DNA of 64,000 bases from positions 43,958,001-44,022,000 of the forward strand of contig OZ024749.1 of the NCBI GenBank assembly GCA_964016885.1, given 5' to 3'. The position numbers were made by a program, and so were the translations under genes. The notes under the pieces were generated by a model. It ran no database searches. It saw nothing but the letters and a program-made list of their open reading frames with translations, and was not told the DNA's origin. This document shows positions 42,701-53,800 of the stretch, piece after piece. Numbering within the stretch: the first letter of the stretch is position 1; each line of letters starts with the position of its first letter. Source of the stretch: Eledone cirrhosa. Taxonomy: Eukaryota.

Positions 42701-44309
42701 TACTTTTCTTTAATTTGTCACTGTCTTTGTACCTTGGGTTATTGGAGACTAAAAAATTGTCTTTCCAGACACATTTTAAAAAACGATAAGGAACTGCCAA
42801 GTTGAGAAGGAAATACGTTACAGTTGATGAATGGAAGCTTAAAAGAGAAAGAATATTTATCTCCCTTGTTTTCCAATAAATCATTTCTATTGTAAGATCA
42901 CAAATATCTCCAGTCCTTATATTGTTTGCAGTCACCATAGTAAAGGCATTCAAATTAGACTTATTGCCAGAAGCTACATTGAAAGGTGTTTCAAAATTAT
43001 AACCTTCTAGAAAACACATCTCGTTTTTACCAGATTGCGTTTTGTGCATTTGATTTTGTTCAGTCTTTTCATGAAATTCAGAAAATTGTTCATGTGAAGA
43101 ATGTGGGGAGTTGTTGAAGCTGTTTAAGAAGGCCTCCAAGTCTTCTGATTCAGGAGCATATGAGACATGATTGTTATTTACATTCATAGAACATTCCATA
43201 GAATAATCTTCATGTGAAGTGGGTAATCCTGGTAAATACTCATAATCTAAACTTGGAGAGTTATTCTTATCTAAAATGTTTTCGCAATCAGAGATGCAAG
43301 AAATAATTTCTTTATTCAGATTATCAGCAAGAGAAACTTCTGGAAGAGGATGCTTTTCCATAGTAAGATGTCCACATTGAACTTTCTCATCAGATAGAAG
43401 CAAATAATTTGATATATATCCTGCTTCCAAATCAGGAGAACTATTTATCATGAAAGATTTGGAAGTTTGTGTTGAACATGATTTTGTTACAAGATAAAAA
43501 AGATCTTTTGTTGTACATGAGTTTATTAAACAAGGGGTTTGGCTTATTCCTGAATTTGATATCAATATTTCTGAGCAATTACTGCTTGTTTGACTCCCAG
43601 ATGGATTCTGTTCACAAGTTAAAACAATTAACTCTTGAGAAAGTAAAGGAAAAGTGGAATTGCAATTGGTTCGCTCTATAAATATCGATGGTACTAGTGG
43701 AGCTGATTCTATTGATTTTCGAAGAGATGATTCGATAACTGTTGGAGGAGGAGGACTGTTTTGAGTTTCAATACTGTTAATCCTAGTCAGATGCATTTTA
43801 ATTGTGTATCTGGTATCAATACTGCAATTGATCATCTGAGAGGCAATTATGTTAGTTGGAAGTGTCTCGCAATGTTTTCTACTGCTCTTCAATACCGATA
43901 ACAGTGAAATGCTGGAATCAGATTCTCGAAGAGGGAGCAAAGTTTTAAAACCAAACAAAAAACTCTTCCCGGTAAAAAAATCATTCAGTAAATTCAATAT
44001 ATCTTTCGAATCATACAAACAAAATAAAGAATAAATCTCATTTGCAGAGTCTCCAAAGTAAGGTTCCAGTATTTTGCCAAAGACTGTAGCACTACAAAGA
44101 GCAGAGCTGTCAGCAATTTCAAGAGTAAGTCGGTATCGTTGAGGAATACTACATGCATTGTAGCCTATTTTACATTGTAAACAATGCCAATTTTTAGAAT
44201 AATTGTTTTGTAGTTTAGTGTAACATTCAGTACAATATGGATAGGTCACTTTAGGGTCAAGAACTTTGATCACTGTAGCCACAATTAATGCATTGTGTCT
44301 AGATGGCAT
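39780..44309 (-). CDS. DDIAS: DNA damage-induced apoptosis suppressor (noxin)-like, 1509 aa, single coding exon
   Basis: N-terminal RPA1-C-like zinc OB fold (IVATV...YPYCTECYTKL...CLQC...RYRLTLEIAD...TVFGKILEPYFG) matching the DDIAS N-terminus as recalled, then a long S/T/N-rich disordered region. A splice acceptor at 44346-44348 upstream of the ATG implies a non-coding first exon. Confidence 0.8.
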   Translation of the reverse strand: MPSRHNALIVATVIKVLDPKVTYPYCTECYTKLQNNYSKNWHCLQCKIGYNACSIPQRYRLTLEIADSSALCSATVFGKILEPYFGDSANEIYSLFCLYDSKDILNLLNDFFTGKSFLFGFKTLLPLRESDSSISLLSVLKSSRKHCETLPTNIIASQMINCSIDTRYTIKMHLTRINSIETQNSPPPPTVIESSLRKSIESAPLVPSIFIERTNCNSTFPLLSQELIVLTCEQNPSGSQTSSNCSEILISNSGISQTPCLINSCTTKDLFYLVTKSCSTQTSKSFMINSSPDLEAGYISNYLLLSDEKVQCGHLTMEKHPLPEVSLADNLNKEIISCISDCENILDKNNSPSLDYEYLPGLPTSHEDYSMECSMNVNNNHVSYAPESEDLEAFLNSFNNSPHSSHEQFSEFHEKTEQNQMHKTQSGKNEMCFLEGYNFETPFNVASGNKSNLNAFTMVTANNIRTGDICDLTIEMIYWKTREINILSLLSFHSSTVTYFLLNLAVPYRFLKCVWKDNFLVSNNPRYKDSDKLKKSNRQSIGNMIQYSEFKFHNHNLNETNQFIQTRNKITPRKTIMKKDIKRFDKSTDLCLLPGPVKIVTKTHSNNENASNIFNNYPTKIGSTNEHVLKPQSTKRCMVTLNSTIKSKVSYIEESSPKLSLSDNICNIFPEDISEINLSAITPSRFHIKRMLSADDSINGSTTSMNSDSPFGNKVKKLLNFAHDSSLSTSSKQLPHFQEITYSPTQCLSKQDSDLERGPSSALNQSKRRKKCNLCKLYLQLCLCNDSTENKENLLYNGKKEKLCFSKKVSKNNNKNISQIEQFVNKTTRSRNRNQQSIPVNRSHIISPTTMKNQFSSLPYSPRVTNAVTSNKRTCLSLPHKNIDNSLTGFHVFSSSVNLRKCHSLTSTPLSHPHIYQPSYINLPQKHSSDGENIEHIFPITPIKRSSENQRQCCSNSPSIFSFDGCISESRLSPSVSLQQVTQESPKEQGGVSQVLWDPSVELFLPSPHPTDIILSSNTSEDLFNSTLKYSNHFIPQTPSNTPVSVRNISINTRDSISKSFNHQKSKNVLSKILLKRQIFKKINNSNLLQSGCQTKKLSPSNTIPKTTNIPFSPMKQHSRKDQAFIHSSKGVTENSTDFKSLFSQRTLSENDIHSPKATNYVNSKEISKCNSLIISKTVKNSFQNMEKSPELELIRKTVPGKQDLFSPEILLATQDETKHLFTFQNTNTICLDNRLQSCFKFKIDESQQQMHSPKLFKEINCDIKNGPLSTEFLQETLTVADQNSIKANIKVQNNTYLCKRIPKSCNRTLDIYASPDIFYTQPQDVNSYSHPSKDSSQTYPNTQTLSQSVNIFPPTLENTSVHNDTPNIFPETQTNVGSSVHSPDIFYETKNNSRSQSLSDIFSPTQESNQGYLPSAGPINHTPENIKQYLLSPDIFSPTQKNTQDDSLKSPDVFSQTQEPCFKNKRKYLYSLSQISSSTKNTPLQNNDALCKVLFCSNDSVSDTNHIT

Positions 44310-45096
44310 TTTGATTTTTCCAAATCTGGAGATTATAGAAAATACCTGAAAAATAAAATAAAAGTGAATATTAATTAATCAGTAATTAATTTATTTATCT
44401 ATTTAATCAATTTAAAAGTATATATAAAGCTGGTAAGCTATGACAGACTTGAAAGGGTATCTAATATCTAAAAGCAAAGATAACTATAAAGTAGTTAAGA
44501 AGTTAGAGATTTAATCAAAATTTAGCTGACCTCCTACGATGTAGCACGTCATAGATTTGTTTTTTTTATAAACAAGGACCGTAAGTCTAGTTTAGTGTAA
44601 AGTTTAGTTTAGTATCAAGTTTAGTGTAAAAACAAAAACAAAATTAATTTTAGGGCTAATGTTTCCCTATATATCTATGGCTGTTACAAGTGATAAGAAA
44701 AAAAAATGGCACTACAACGGAATTGGCTGTCATTCGTCAACTTTCTCAATCGTCAAACCTTCGTTTATTTCCGTATCACCACCATGTGTAAATAAATAAA
44801 CTTTGAAATCACCACATTGATGCATAGTCATAGTTATCAAATTAGAAAACAAATGAAGTTCATGGGACATACGTCAAAACGGCCGGTCTGAAAAGTGAAA
44901 CTTATTTTTGACAGTTATGTACGTCATTAATTTCAATTTGGTTTGTGAATAGCTGCATGTACAAATACAAGACGTATAATGCAACAATAGAACATTGAGT
45001 TGTAGCAAGGGCAAAATAAGAAAAGAGAGTTTGCAAGGGAGATAACTAAGAGTAATCAGTGTCACCTTGAAGTTTCGACACCGGACAAAAACATAC
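44310..45096. promoter_or_regulatory. Probable bidirectional promoter, DDIAS/NDUFB6
   Basis: Divergent start codons are only ~790 bp apart. Confidence 0.55.
44708..44866 (+). mobile_element. Partial second copy of the CACTA-like MITE
   Basis: GGCACTACAACGGAATTGGCTGTCA...; reverse complement of about 38366-38551 with a small deletion. Confidence 0.7.
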
Positions 45097-47343
45097 ATGG
45101 CGGATAGAGTCTCTAAGACGGGCGAGGAGGCCCTTGTTGCTCCAGAAGAAAAGCCATGGGTGAAGAAAAGAAGAATGGCTAAGTTGGCTGAATACGCAGG
45201 CAGCAAATATCCGCCTTTTTCTATTGAACCAATGCCCCATGAACGCCAACGTCTGGATGGGAAAGGTATGACTGATTTTGATCGACAGCTAAGAAAACAG
45301 TGGGTACTTGACCAGAATCTATCTCCTAATGAACCACGCTATGTCCCTGAACTTTACCCGAGAAATATTTTTAAAAGGATTGGTTCAATGCCTTTTAATG
45401 CCCTTTATAAGGTAAATGCAATAACTGTTTATTTTACATTTCACTATGTTTCTTTCGACTTCCAATGATATATTATCACCTGTAAAAAAAACAACAATAA
45501 CAACAACAGTTATTGTTTGTTTTCTATTGGTTCTACCACAGTAAAAAGAAGAGTTGTTTTTGTTTGTGGTATATAGTTACGGTCCTTTATGTTCTGAGTT
45601 AAAATCCCATCGATTTTAGCTTTATTTTTCATCCTTACGTAGTCGATAAAGTAAAGTACCAGTTACGCACTGGGGTCGATTTAATCGACTTTCCCCTCCC
45701 CTTCAAATTACTGGCCTTGTTTAACCCAAGGTCAATCCTGATTGAGCAAACCTATAATCAATGAGATCCCAGTTCTGTATTATTCACTTTGTCCTTTTTT
45801 CCGTAAGACAATAGAATGCGATATGAAGTAGATTTAACTTCTATTTCTAGCAGTCTGAGTAACTTTATTTCCCTCTCACTTTCACCCTCTTACACCCTAC
45901 AGCTGTGTTCACACTTGAAGAGAGTATAGGTTTTGGCAGGTTTAAAATACCCAAGACGTACCATATGTCAAGACGGCATCCTTATGACCCCACCAGGAGT
46001 TAAGGCTCCATACATATACTACATATAGAAAAGGAAGTATTTGAAATGCTTCAGCCAAAGAACATTTTCACATGGTGGTGGACACAGATATCATCATCAT
46101 CATCACCGTTTTATGTCCGTTCTTCCACGCTAGCATGGGTTAGACAGGTTGTCCTGTTGTGGGCAGTGTCCAGTCGGCTGATCTTGTCTTGCTCATACAG
46201 GAACTGATTCTGGCTTGATTTCTACAGCTGGATGCCCTTCCTAACACCAACCTCATTTACAGTGAATGCTGGGAGCTTTTTTTCCATAGCACCTATACGC
46301 CCACTTTGCAGTGGGAAGGGGTGGGGGCATATTGTCTATATGCCTCATCTTCGTTTGTACCCGTGGAAAGTCGGGTCTTCTGTATTACTGCATGACGCCA
46401 GAGATCACGGTCGTGTGTCATTGCCCTTGAGAGATGCAATTGGGTATGGTCAGCTTTTATCACCTCATCCCAGGTCTTCTTGGGTCTCCCCACTCCGCGG
46501 CTTCCATCGACTTCTAGTGCTCTGCATCTTTTTATGCAGCTGTCATCCTTCATAAGCATTACATGTCCATACCAACGCAACCTCCTCTCCTGCACACAGC
46601 ATTTGATTCCTCTTATGCTCAGTCTCTCTCTCAATTCATTTATGCTTTGCCATTTGCGAGTTATAATGTGTTATAGGGCATTACTCACTAGCCCCCACAC
46701 ATACACACCTAGTCTAATGTCAATTTTCTCTGTTAACCCTTTAGCATTTAAACCAGCCATGTCTGGCCAGAATTCTCTCACCTCTTTCAGTTCAAACCAG
46801 CTGTAACCAGCAACTCATACTTATGTAAAGGTGTTGTTCTCAAAATAAGTAATATCAAAATCTTATAGATTCAATATTATGTGAGGTAAAGCCTTTACAG
46901 CAAAAATTCAATAGTGTAATGTAAATGCTAAAGGGTTAAAGGAGCTTGTATGTCCTGTTATTTAGCCTATTCAGTAAAAAATTTGATGAAGCTTCTAACT
47001 ATCTCATAAATTTCAAATTTCGTTCATCATTTTATACTTTATTCATTTTTTTCTTTTATAGGTATTGAAGCCATTAATTGGAGAAAAACCAGCTACTGTT
47101 GTTCGTCGTGCTACACCATGGGTTATTGGAATGTATAGCACTGTTTGTGTGCTACATTACTTTCAGAAATACCAGTCGAATGATTGGACCAAAGCCAGTG
47201 GCTTCTACATACGATGTATACAACCACAGTTTACATCAGGCGTGGCGAAACCTTTCCCTCCAAAAGAAGCGACTGATTACTACGACAAAGGTTTCAAATC
47301 TAGACAAGTGCTACTCAACGCTAAAACTAGCTATGTAGAATAA
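45097..47343 (+). CDS. NDUFB6: NADH dehydrogenase 1 beta subcomplex subunit 6 (B17), 198 aa, 2 exons
   Basis: Exons 45097-45411 and 47062-47343 (GT-AG, phase 0). Motifs ERQRL..MT..DRQLRKQWVLDQ.L...EPR and HYFQKYQSNDWTK..G..DYYDKGF match invertebrate B17. Confidence 0.88.
46090..46650 (-). mobile_element. RTE LINE 3' end in the NDUFB6 intron
   Basis: ORF 46293-46634 reads RRLRWYGHV...GSRGVGRPKKTWDEVIKAD; (GAT)n tail at about 46091. Confidence 0.8.
46733..46939 (+). mobile_element. Intact piggyBac-like MITE
   Basis: TTAA target duplication at 46733-46736 and 46936-46939; 14-bp TIR CCCTTTAGCATTTA / TAAATGCTAAAGGG. Confidence 0.85.
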
Positions 47344-47620
47344 CTGAAAAGTGGGGGCTTCCCATAGTAGCACTGAACACACCATATTTTGATACATCTA
47401 AATACACTTAGTTATGTGGTTCTGAATAAGGAAAGTATTTGTTTGTTTTCATCTCTTTCTAAGAGTTTCAAATGAAAAAAAAACAACAAAACAATGTAAA
47501 ATCAATTTATTAAAATGAAAAGAAAAAAAATTTTAATATTTCTTTATGTAGTAATTTAAAGTTGTGTGTATGTGTGTGTCATCATCATCATCAGTCATTT
47601 AACCCTTTAGCATTTAAACC

Positions 47621-50275
47621 TTGCGTTGATTTGAACGAATCACAAGAAGTTGTTTTTTTGTGACATACGTATGATCATGTCAACACTTCTGCTTGGTGTT
47701 GTTTATCGCTCCCCAAACTACCATCAGGACACACAGCTTTGCGATATCCTCAGAGCTGCTGCCAGGAAAACAGCCACTTATGTGTTTATTGCAGGTTACT
47801 TCAATCATGCTGAGATCAATTGGGAAACCTTTCATTGGCCACAAAGTGCAAACGATTTCCTTGAGCTAGTGCTGGACTCAAACTGGTCACAAGTAGTCAC
47901 CTCTCCAACAAGAGGTGACAACACTTTGGATCTGATCTTCACCACTACTCCTGAAGTGGTTATCAGTTGTACTACTGAGGAACCTCTAGGCGACTCTGAT
48001 CATGCTATGATCATTGCCAATCTGGCTCTTGCGAGCAGCAACAAAAACCAGAACCATCTCCAATCTGCTTGCTTTGATTGAAAGAAAGCAGATTGGAACT
48101 TGTACTGCACTGAGCTACAGTGCCCAAACTGGCATGAGTTGTATAACTCTGAAGATGTGAACACTATACTCCAGAGCATCCTGGACTCAATATGGATAGC
48201 ATGTGCAGCATCGGTGCCACGTAAGCAGAAAAAAACCCACCCCACAAGTGCAATTTGGGAAACTTCAGCGGTCCGACTTGCCAGGAAAAAACGTTGGAAC
48301 GCTGAACGGGAATATAAACTGCATAAATTAGATGCCAACAGAAAAAAGCGGAATAAATCTTCCAACCATCTCAAGCAAGTGACAAAGAAGGCAGTGCTTG
48401 AATTTGAACAGTGCATAGCAACTAATCCTGACAGTAAGGTGTTCTGGAAATATGTTCATTCAAAGCAGAGACCTCACTCTCCAGTTGGTCCTCTTCACAA
48501 TCCCCACACAAGCCAGATCACTGACGATCCCAAAGAATGCGCAGAACTCATTGCTGAGTGCTATGCAAGTATTTTTACTGTTGAAAACCAGAATGTACCA
48601 TCTCCACCATCTCTAACATCAAATTCCATAACAACTATGGAATTTACACCTGCAATGTTGCGACGTCACCTTAAGAATAAGCGCAACTATGCCTCCCCTG
48701 GTCTTGATGGTGTTACATACCTGCTTCTCAAACGTGGCGGGTACTTCCTTTTGCACCAGCTTTCTTTCTTTCTTTCAATACTGTCTCAACAATGGTGCTA
48801 CTCCGGAGCAGTGGAAAACTGCCAGTGTCATTCCCCTGTTCAAAAAGGGCAACCGCATGTCACCTGTCAACTATCATCCAGTCAGTCTTACTAGCTGTAT
48901 TGCCAAACTGATGGAATCCTGTGTCAGAGAAACACTTTGGAAATTCTGGAGCTCTCACAGCCTCATCCGCCCCTCGCAGTTTGGATTTATCCCTAACTCC
49001 AGCTTATCGAGTTCCTTGAAGACATTACCCGGATCCCTGACAGCGGCTCATGGGTGGATATTGTTTACCTTGACTTTGCTAAGGCATCTAATTCTGTACC
49101 ACACAAAAGACTTATGGCAAAACTCTCTGCAATGGGTGTGAGGGATGATCTTTTTAACTGGTTGAAATCCTTCATTCTAAGCCGAAAACAGGTAGTCACG
49201 GTTCTAGGACAGCATTCTTCACCATATGAGATGTCATCTGGTGTACCACAGGGATCTGTTCTTGGTCCCCTTTTGTTTGTGGCATATATTAATGACATAG
49301 ATGCCAACTTAAAGAATGCCACGGTACTGAAATATGCAGATGACATCAAGCTGTACCTTGAAATCAAAAGGACTGATCCTGAAATCTACAACTCTTTCCT
49401 ACAATCAGACCTGGACACAATGCGGCAATGCATCACAGACCGGCAACTGAAGCTGGCTGTGGACAAGTGTACCACCATGCATTTTGGGAAGAAAAATCCA
49501 ACGTCCACATACTCCCTCCACAACACTGATATCAAGAAGTCCGCTTGTGAACGTGACCTGGGCATTACTGTCAGCAGCGATTTGCATTGGACAAAGCATG
49601 TCTCTAAGATTGTCAAGAAGGCCGAGGGTGTCTTGGCATCACTCAGCATAGACCTTTGTTAGCCGCTCTCCAGCCATCTATTTAAAGCTGTATACAGCTA
49701 TGTTACGACCACACTTGGAATTCGCATCATCAGTCTGGAACTCCTATCTTGCTCAGAACATTGACCTCCTGGAAACTGTTCAGAGACGTGCAACCAAGCG
49801 CATACCCTCCATCAGACACCTACCATACTCTGAACGCCTTGCTTCCCTGGGCATGGATTCATTGAAGCTCCGACATCTGGCAATGGACTTGGTAAACACC
49901 CATAAAGTTATTAACCATCTCGCCAACAACAACCCTGAGCACCTTTTTCTAACACATGTGGACGTGCCTACAAAATCAGAAAACAGCACAGCTCCCATGA
50001 CTTTCATAAACATTTTTTCATGCTCAGAGTTGCTGAAGCATGCAACAAACTGCCTGCGTCAGTTGTTAGCTGCCGAGACACTGCATCCTTTAAAACCCTC
50101 ATGTTTCCCGAAATACGCCAAAACTACACCTGATGTACCCCTTCCATACACACGTGTATATCATGACTCATGCACTCTTCATTTTCCTGACGTTTGTACA
50201 TTACCCTATGTACTATACATACACTTTTTGATGAGTTATAGTGCACCTGAGCACTGTACACAATATTTCATTATT
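47621..50275 (+). mobile_element. 5'-truncated CR1-clade LINE (endonuclease + RT), disrupted
   Basis: GVVYRSP, PTRGDNTLDLIF and LGDSDH (APE); YLDFAKA, SGVPQGSVLGPLLF, YADD, RPHLEF and VQRRATK (RT). In-frame TGA at 48079 and several frameshifts; ends in (ATT)n. Confidence 0.9.
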
Positions 50276-50672
50276 ATATCCGGCCAGAATTCTTTCACCT
50301 CTTTTTGTTCAAACTGGCTGTAACCAGCTACTCATACTAATGTTGAGGTACTGTTTTCAAAATAAATAACATCAAAATATCAGAGATTCGATATTATGTG
50401 AGAAAAAGCCTTTACCACAAAAATACAATAGTATATATATATATATATAGAGAGTAATGTAAATACTAAAGAGTTAATGTCTATTTTCCACACTTGCATG
50501 GGTTAGACAGGCCATCACCACATGAGACAGATTAAGTCAAGAGACCACATCTTTCTCATACGGATCTGTATTTTAGCTTGGTTTCCACAGCTGGATGCCT
50601 TTCCTAACACCAACCATATTACAGTGTGGACTGGATGCTTTTTGTTGTTTTATCAGCATAACGACCATAAAA

Positions 50673-50837
50673 GGCGGACTGGGTGCTTTTTTGTCATGTC
50701 ACCAGCATGACCACCTTCCAGGGTGGACTGGGTGCTTTTTGTCGTGTCACCAGCATGACTACCTTACAGGGTGGACTGGGTGCTTTTTGTCGTGTCACCA
50801 GCATGACTACCTTACAGGGTGGACTGGGTGCATTTTT
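50673..50837 (+). repeat. 48-bp tandem repeat (about 3.5 copies)
   Basis: Unit GGTGGACTGGGTGCTTTTTGTCGTGTCACCAGCATGACTACCTTACAG inside a dispersed repeat. Confidence 0.85.
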
Positions 50838-53800
50838 GTGTATACACATCATTTTTATGTACGTTGTGCCACACTAGCATGGGTCCTTCTCAGTACAACA
50901 CCTCTCCACTTGTGTTCTTTTGTCATCTCCATGAGTTTTAGTGATCTGAGATCAGCTTTCACCACTTCCATCTAGGGCTACCTTCCAGTGGGACTACTCG
51001 ACACTTCTTTATCATCCAACGATCATATTTCCATACCAATGCAGTTTCTCTCCTGCACCACTACTTCTAATTCCTCTTATACCCAGATTCTCCTTCAGTT
51101 CATCCATGCTTTGTCATTCTTGCACATTCATCGAAACATGCCTGCCTCATTTCTCTCCAGCCTCAGCATCTCATGTGTGTCCACTCCTGTGTCTCACTCC
51201 CATGAAGCATGGCATTTAGCACACAGGTGTCATATGGCCGACCTTTTGTTGTTAGCATTCTGTTCTCAATTTAAGCCATTAGTACAGACAGAGAATTAGA
51301 AAAAAAATGACTGAAGAATCCTCTCAACTCATTTTTTATATGGTTTCTACAGCTTGTTGCTCTTCCTATTATCAATCACCTTACAGAGTGTACTGGGTGC
51401 ATTTTTCGTGGCCCTATCATGAGAGAGAGACCCAGTACATTCTGTAAAGTAACTGGTATTAACCTGTTGACTGTTGTGTATATTTTACAGTTGCAGTTGC
51501 TGTGTCCGGTTTTTTTTTTTCAGTAAAATGAATATTTTGATTGACAAACATGACATCAATAAACTAGTAACTCCATCTAGCTTTGAAGTTATGAAATGTT
51601 GGAAACGAGTTCAAACATGTTAGGATGAGTTATCTCGTCAATAACACTGGAATGCATACGTTAGGACAATTATCTCGTTTTTGTCACTGAATAGTTTAAG
51701 AAGGCAGCAAACCATAAAAACATAAAAAAAAAAAAAAAAATATAGGAATTTACAAGTAAGATGTGGTCCTCTTATCCTTCTAGGAGAGCTGTAACTCCAA
51801 AAAAGAACTGACATGGACCATAAAAACCTGTCCAACCCATACCAGCATGAAAAAAAAAATGTAAAATGATGAGATAAACACAGCAATAGAATATAAAATA
51901 TTTTATGAAAACCTTATAAAGATATTTGTCAATGTTTTATATATATAAAGGCACATGGCTTAGTGGTTAGAGCATTGGCCTTGCAATCGAGGGGTTGTGA
52001 GTTCATTGCTCCAGTTTACTCAGCTGTAGAAATGAGATGATAGGGACTGGGGTCCATATCATTCCACTGTAGCATGGTCGTGGAGGTGCCACGGCAAAAA
52101 AGCACCCAGCCCACACTGTAAAGTGGACGTGTAGGCGCCATGGAAATAAAAGCACCCAGCACTCCCTGTAAATGAGGTTGGTGTTAGGAAGGGCATCCAG
52201 CTGTAGAAATCAAGCCAGAATCAGTTCCCGTCACACCCTTGCAAGCAGGGAAAAGCGGACGTAAAATGAAATGATAATGATGTACAAATTTAGTCAAAAA
52301 AATATTTAAAAAATTCACAAATATGGACAAAAATTGATTAGTTTAAAAAGATATTTTGAATAAGAAATTGTTTTTTGGGGGTGGGGTGGGATGTTATTTA
52401 ATCAAGATTTATGTTTTTTATCTATTAAATGAAGATAACATTTATATATAATATCTTGGTTCCTTTGGTAGGCATAGCTGATTAGTTAAAGATCTAGTCC
52501 TGTTGTATGGCACCTTGGACAAGTACATTGTTCTGCTATAGTCTAGGGTTGACCAATGTCTTGGGAGTAGAATTTGGTAAACTACAAAATAATGCAGTTT
52601 ATATTATATATGTTATTATTATATCAACCCTTGTGGTTAATAAAGAAAGCATTATTATTATTATCAGGATTCTTTATATTTAGTATGGGTCTAAAGAGAG
52701 TGAAACACAGGGATGGAAAGATGACTTGAAGAGAAAGTAAGGTTTTAGTAGCTAAAAATACTTAAGACTTTTAAAGAGCCTATTCTACATATATCTAGAA
52801 ATGAGTACAGTGCTACTAAGATACTGGCCTGTGCTTTAATAGATTGCAACATGAAGATTAAATTTTCTAACAAAGACCTCCCGCTGAGTAAAAACTGACT
52901 GACATAACTAGATGGAAATATATTTTAAGATTATCTTGAAAATTTAGGGATATTTTAAGATTATCTTGAAAATTTAGGGATGAAAGCCATGTACATCACC
53001 ATACTTGTAAATGAGTTATTTTAGCTCTTTAGTTACCAACCCAGTCAAAACTGGCTGTCGTTCTATGAAACAAAACCACCCATTTTAAAGGTTTCCAATT
53101 TAAATTAAAATCTTCCAACATAATTTTATATAAGAACCTTACATTAAGTTACCATCTTAGTAATAAAATAATTAAAAATGCAGTCATGGAAGGGTTAAAT
53201 CTGTATTTCCATGCTTACACATAGTCCTGTGTTAACCATTGAACAAAATAAGTACATGATTAGGATCTCATGTAAAGAAGAGCCCCATACAGTTTATTTC
53301 CAGTACAGTATATGGTACCACTGCCCATATATAGTATGCAGGAGGAGGTACTTTGATATTTTCAGAGCTTAGGGCCTCTAAAAATCTTAATCGGTCCCTG
53401 CTTGTATGATTTAGAGGAAGCCCAGAGTTTATCTCCGTTACATGGGTGTTAAGTGATTGTGAGTACATACAAGATGTCAGCCTATTGCGTGACTAACAGG
53501 TATTTTATTTTTCAGTTGAATGAACTGGAGCAATGCAAAATGAAGTGCCTTTATCAAGGGCACAATGCACGATCTGGTCTGGGAATCAAACTCCCTTCTC
53601 TATGATTATACACGCAACATTCTATTCACTGAGCCATGTACCATGAGGGTCACTATATGAAAATTTCAACCCTTTATAATACTTAACCACCTGATGTTGC
53701 TTTTAGTTCTATGATACAAACCCCTCATTTTAAATTGTTTGTTTTGAAACCTCCCATCATAATTTTTAAGTCAGATAAATTATGCCTCCCAACCACCAAC

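Noticed and set aside
38255-44866. Composite transposon carrying DDIAS as cargo
   Set aside because: The intact CACTA-like termini face inward toward the gene rather than enclosing it, and no shared target duplication is visible.
45067-45096. TTG-initiated N-terminal extension of NDUFB6 in the ORF track
   Set aside because: Eukaryotic gene; the first ATG in good context is at 45097.
48079-48081. In-frame TGA in CR1 ORF2 as programmed readthrough or selenocysteine
   Set aside because: The context FD*KKADW suggests a TGG-to-TGA mutation, and the element also has several frameshifts.
50673-50837. 48-bp repeats as a possible CRISPR array or coding repeat
   Set aside because: Head-to-tail with no unique spacers, and part of a dispersed TE-derived repeat.
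52920-52981. Exact 30-bp tandem duplication
   Set aside because: Simple local slippage duplication with no further structure.
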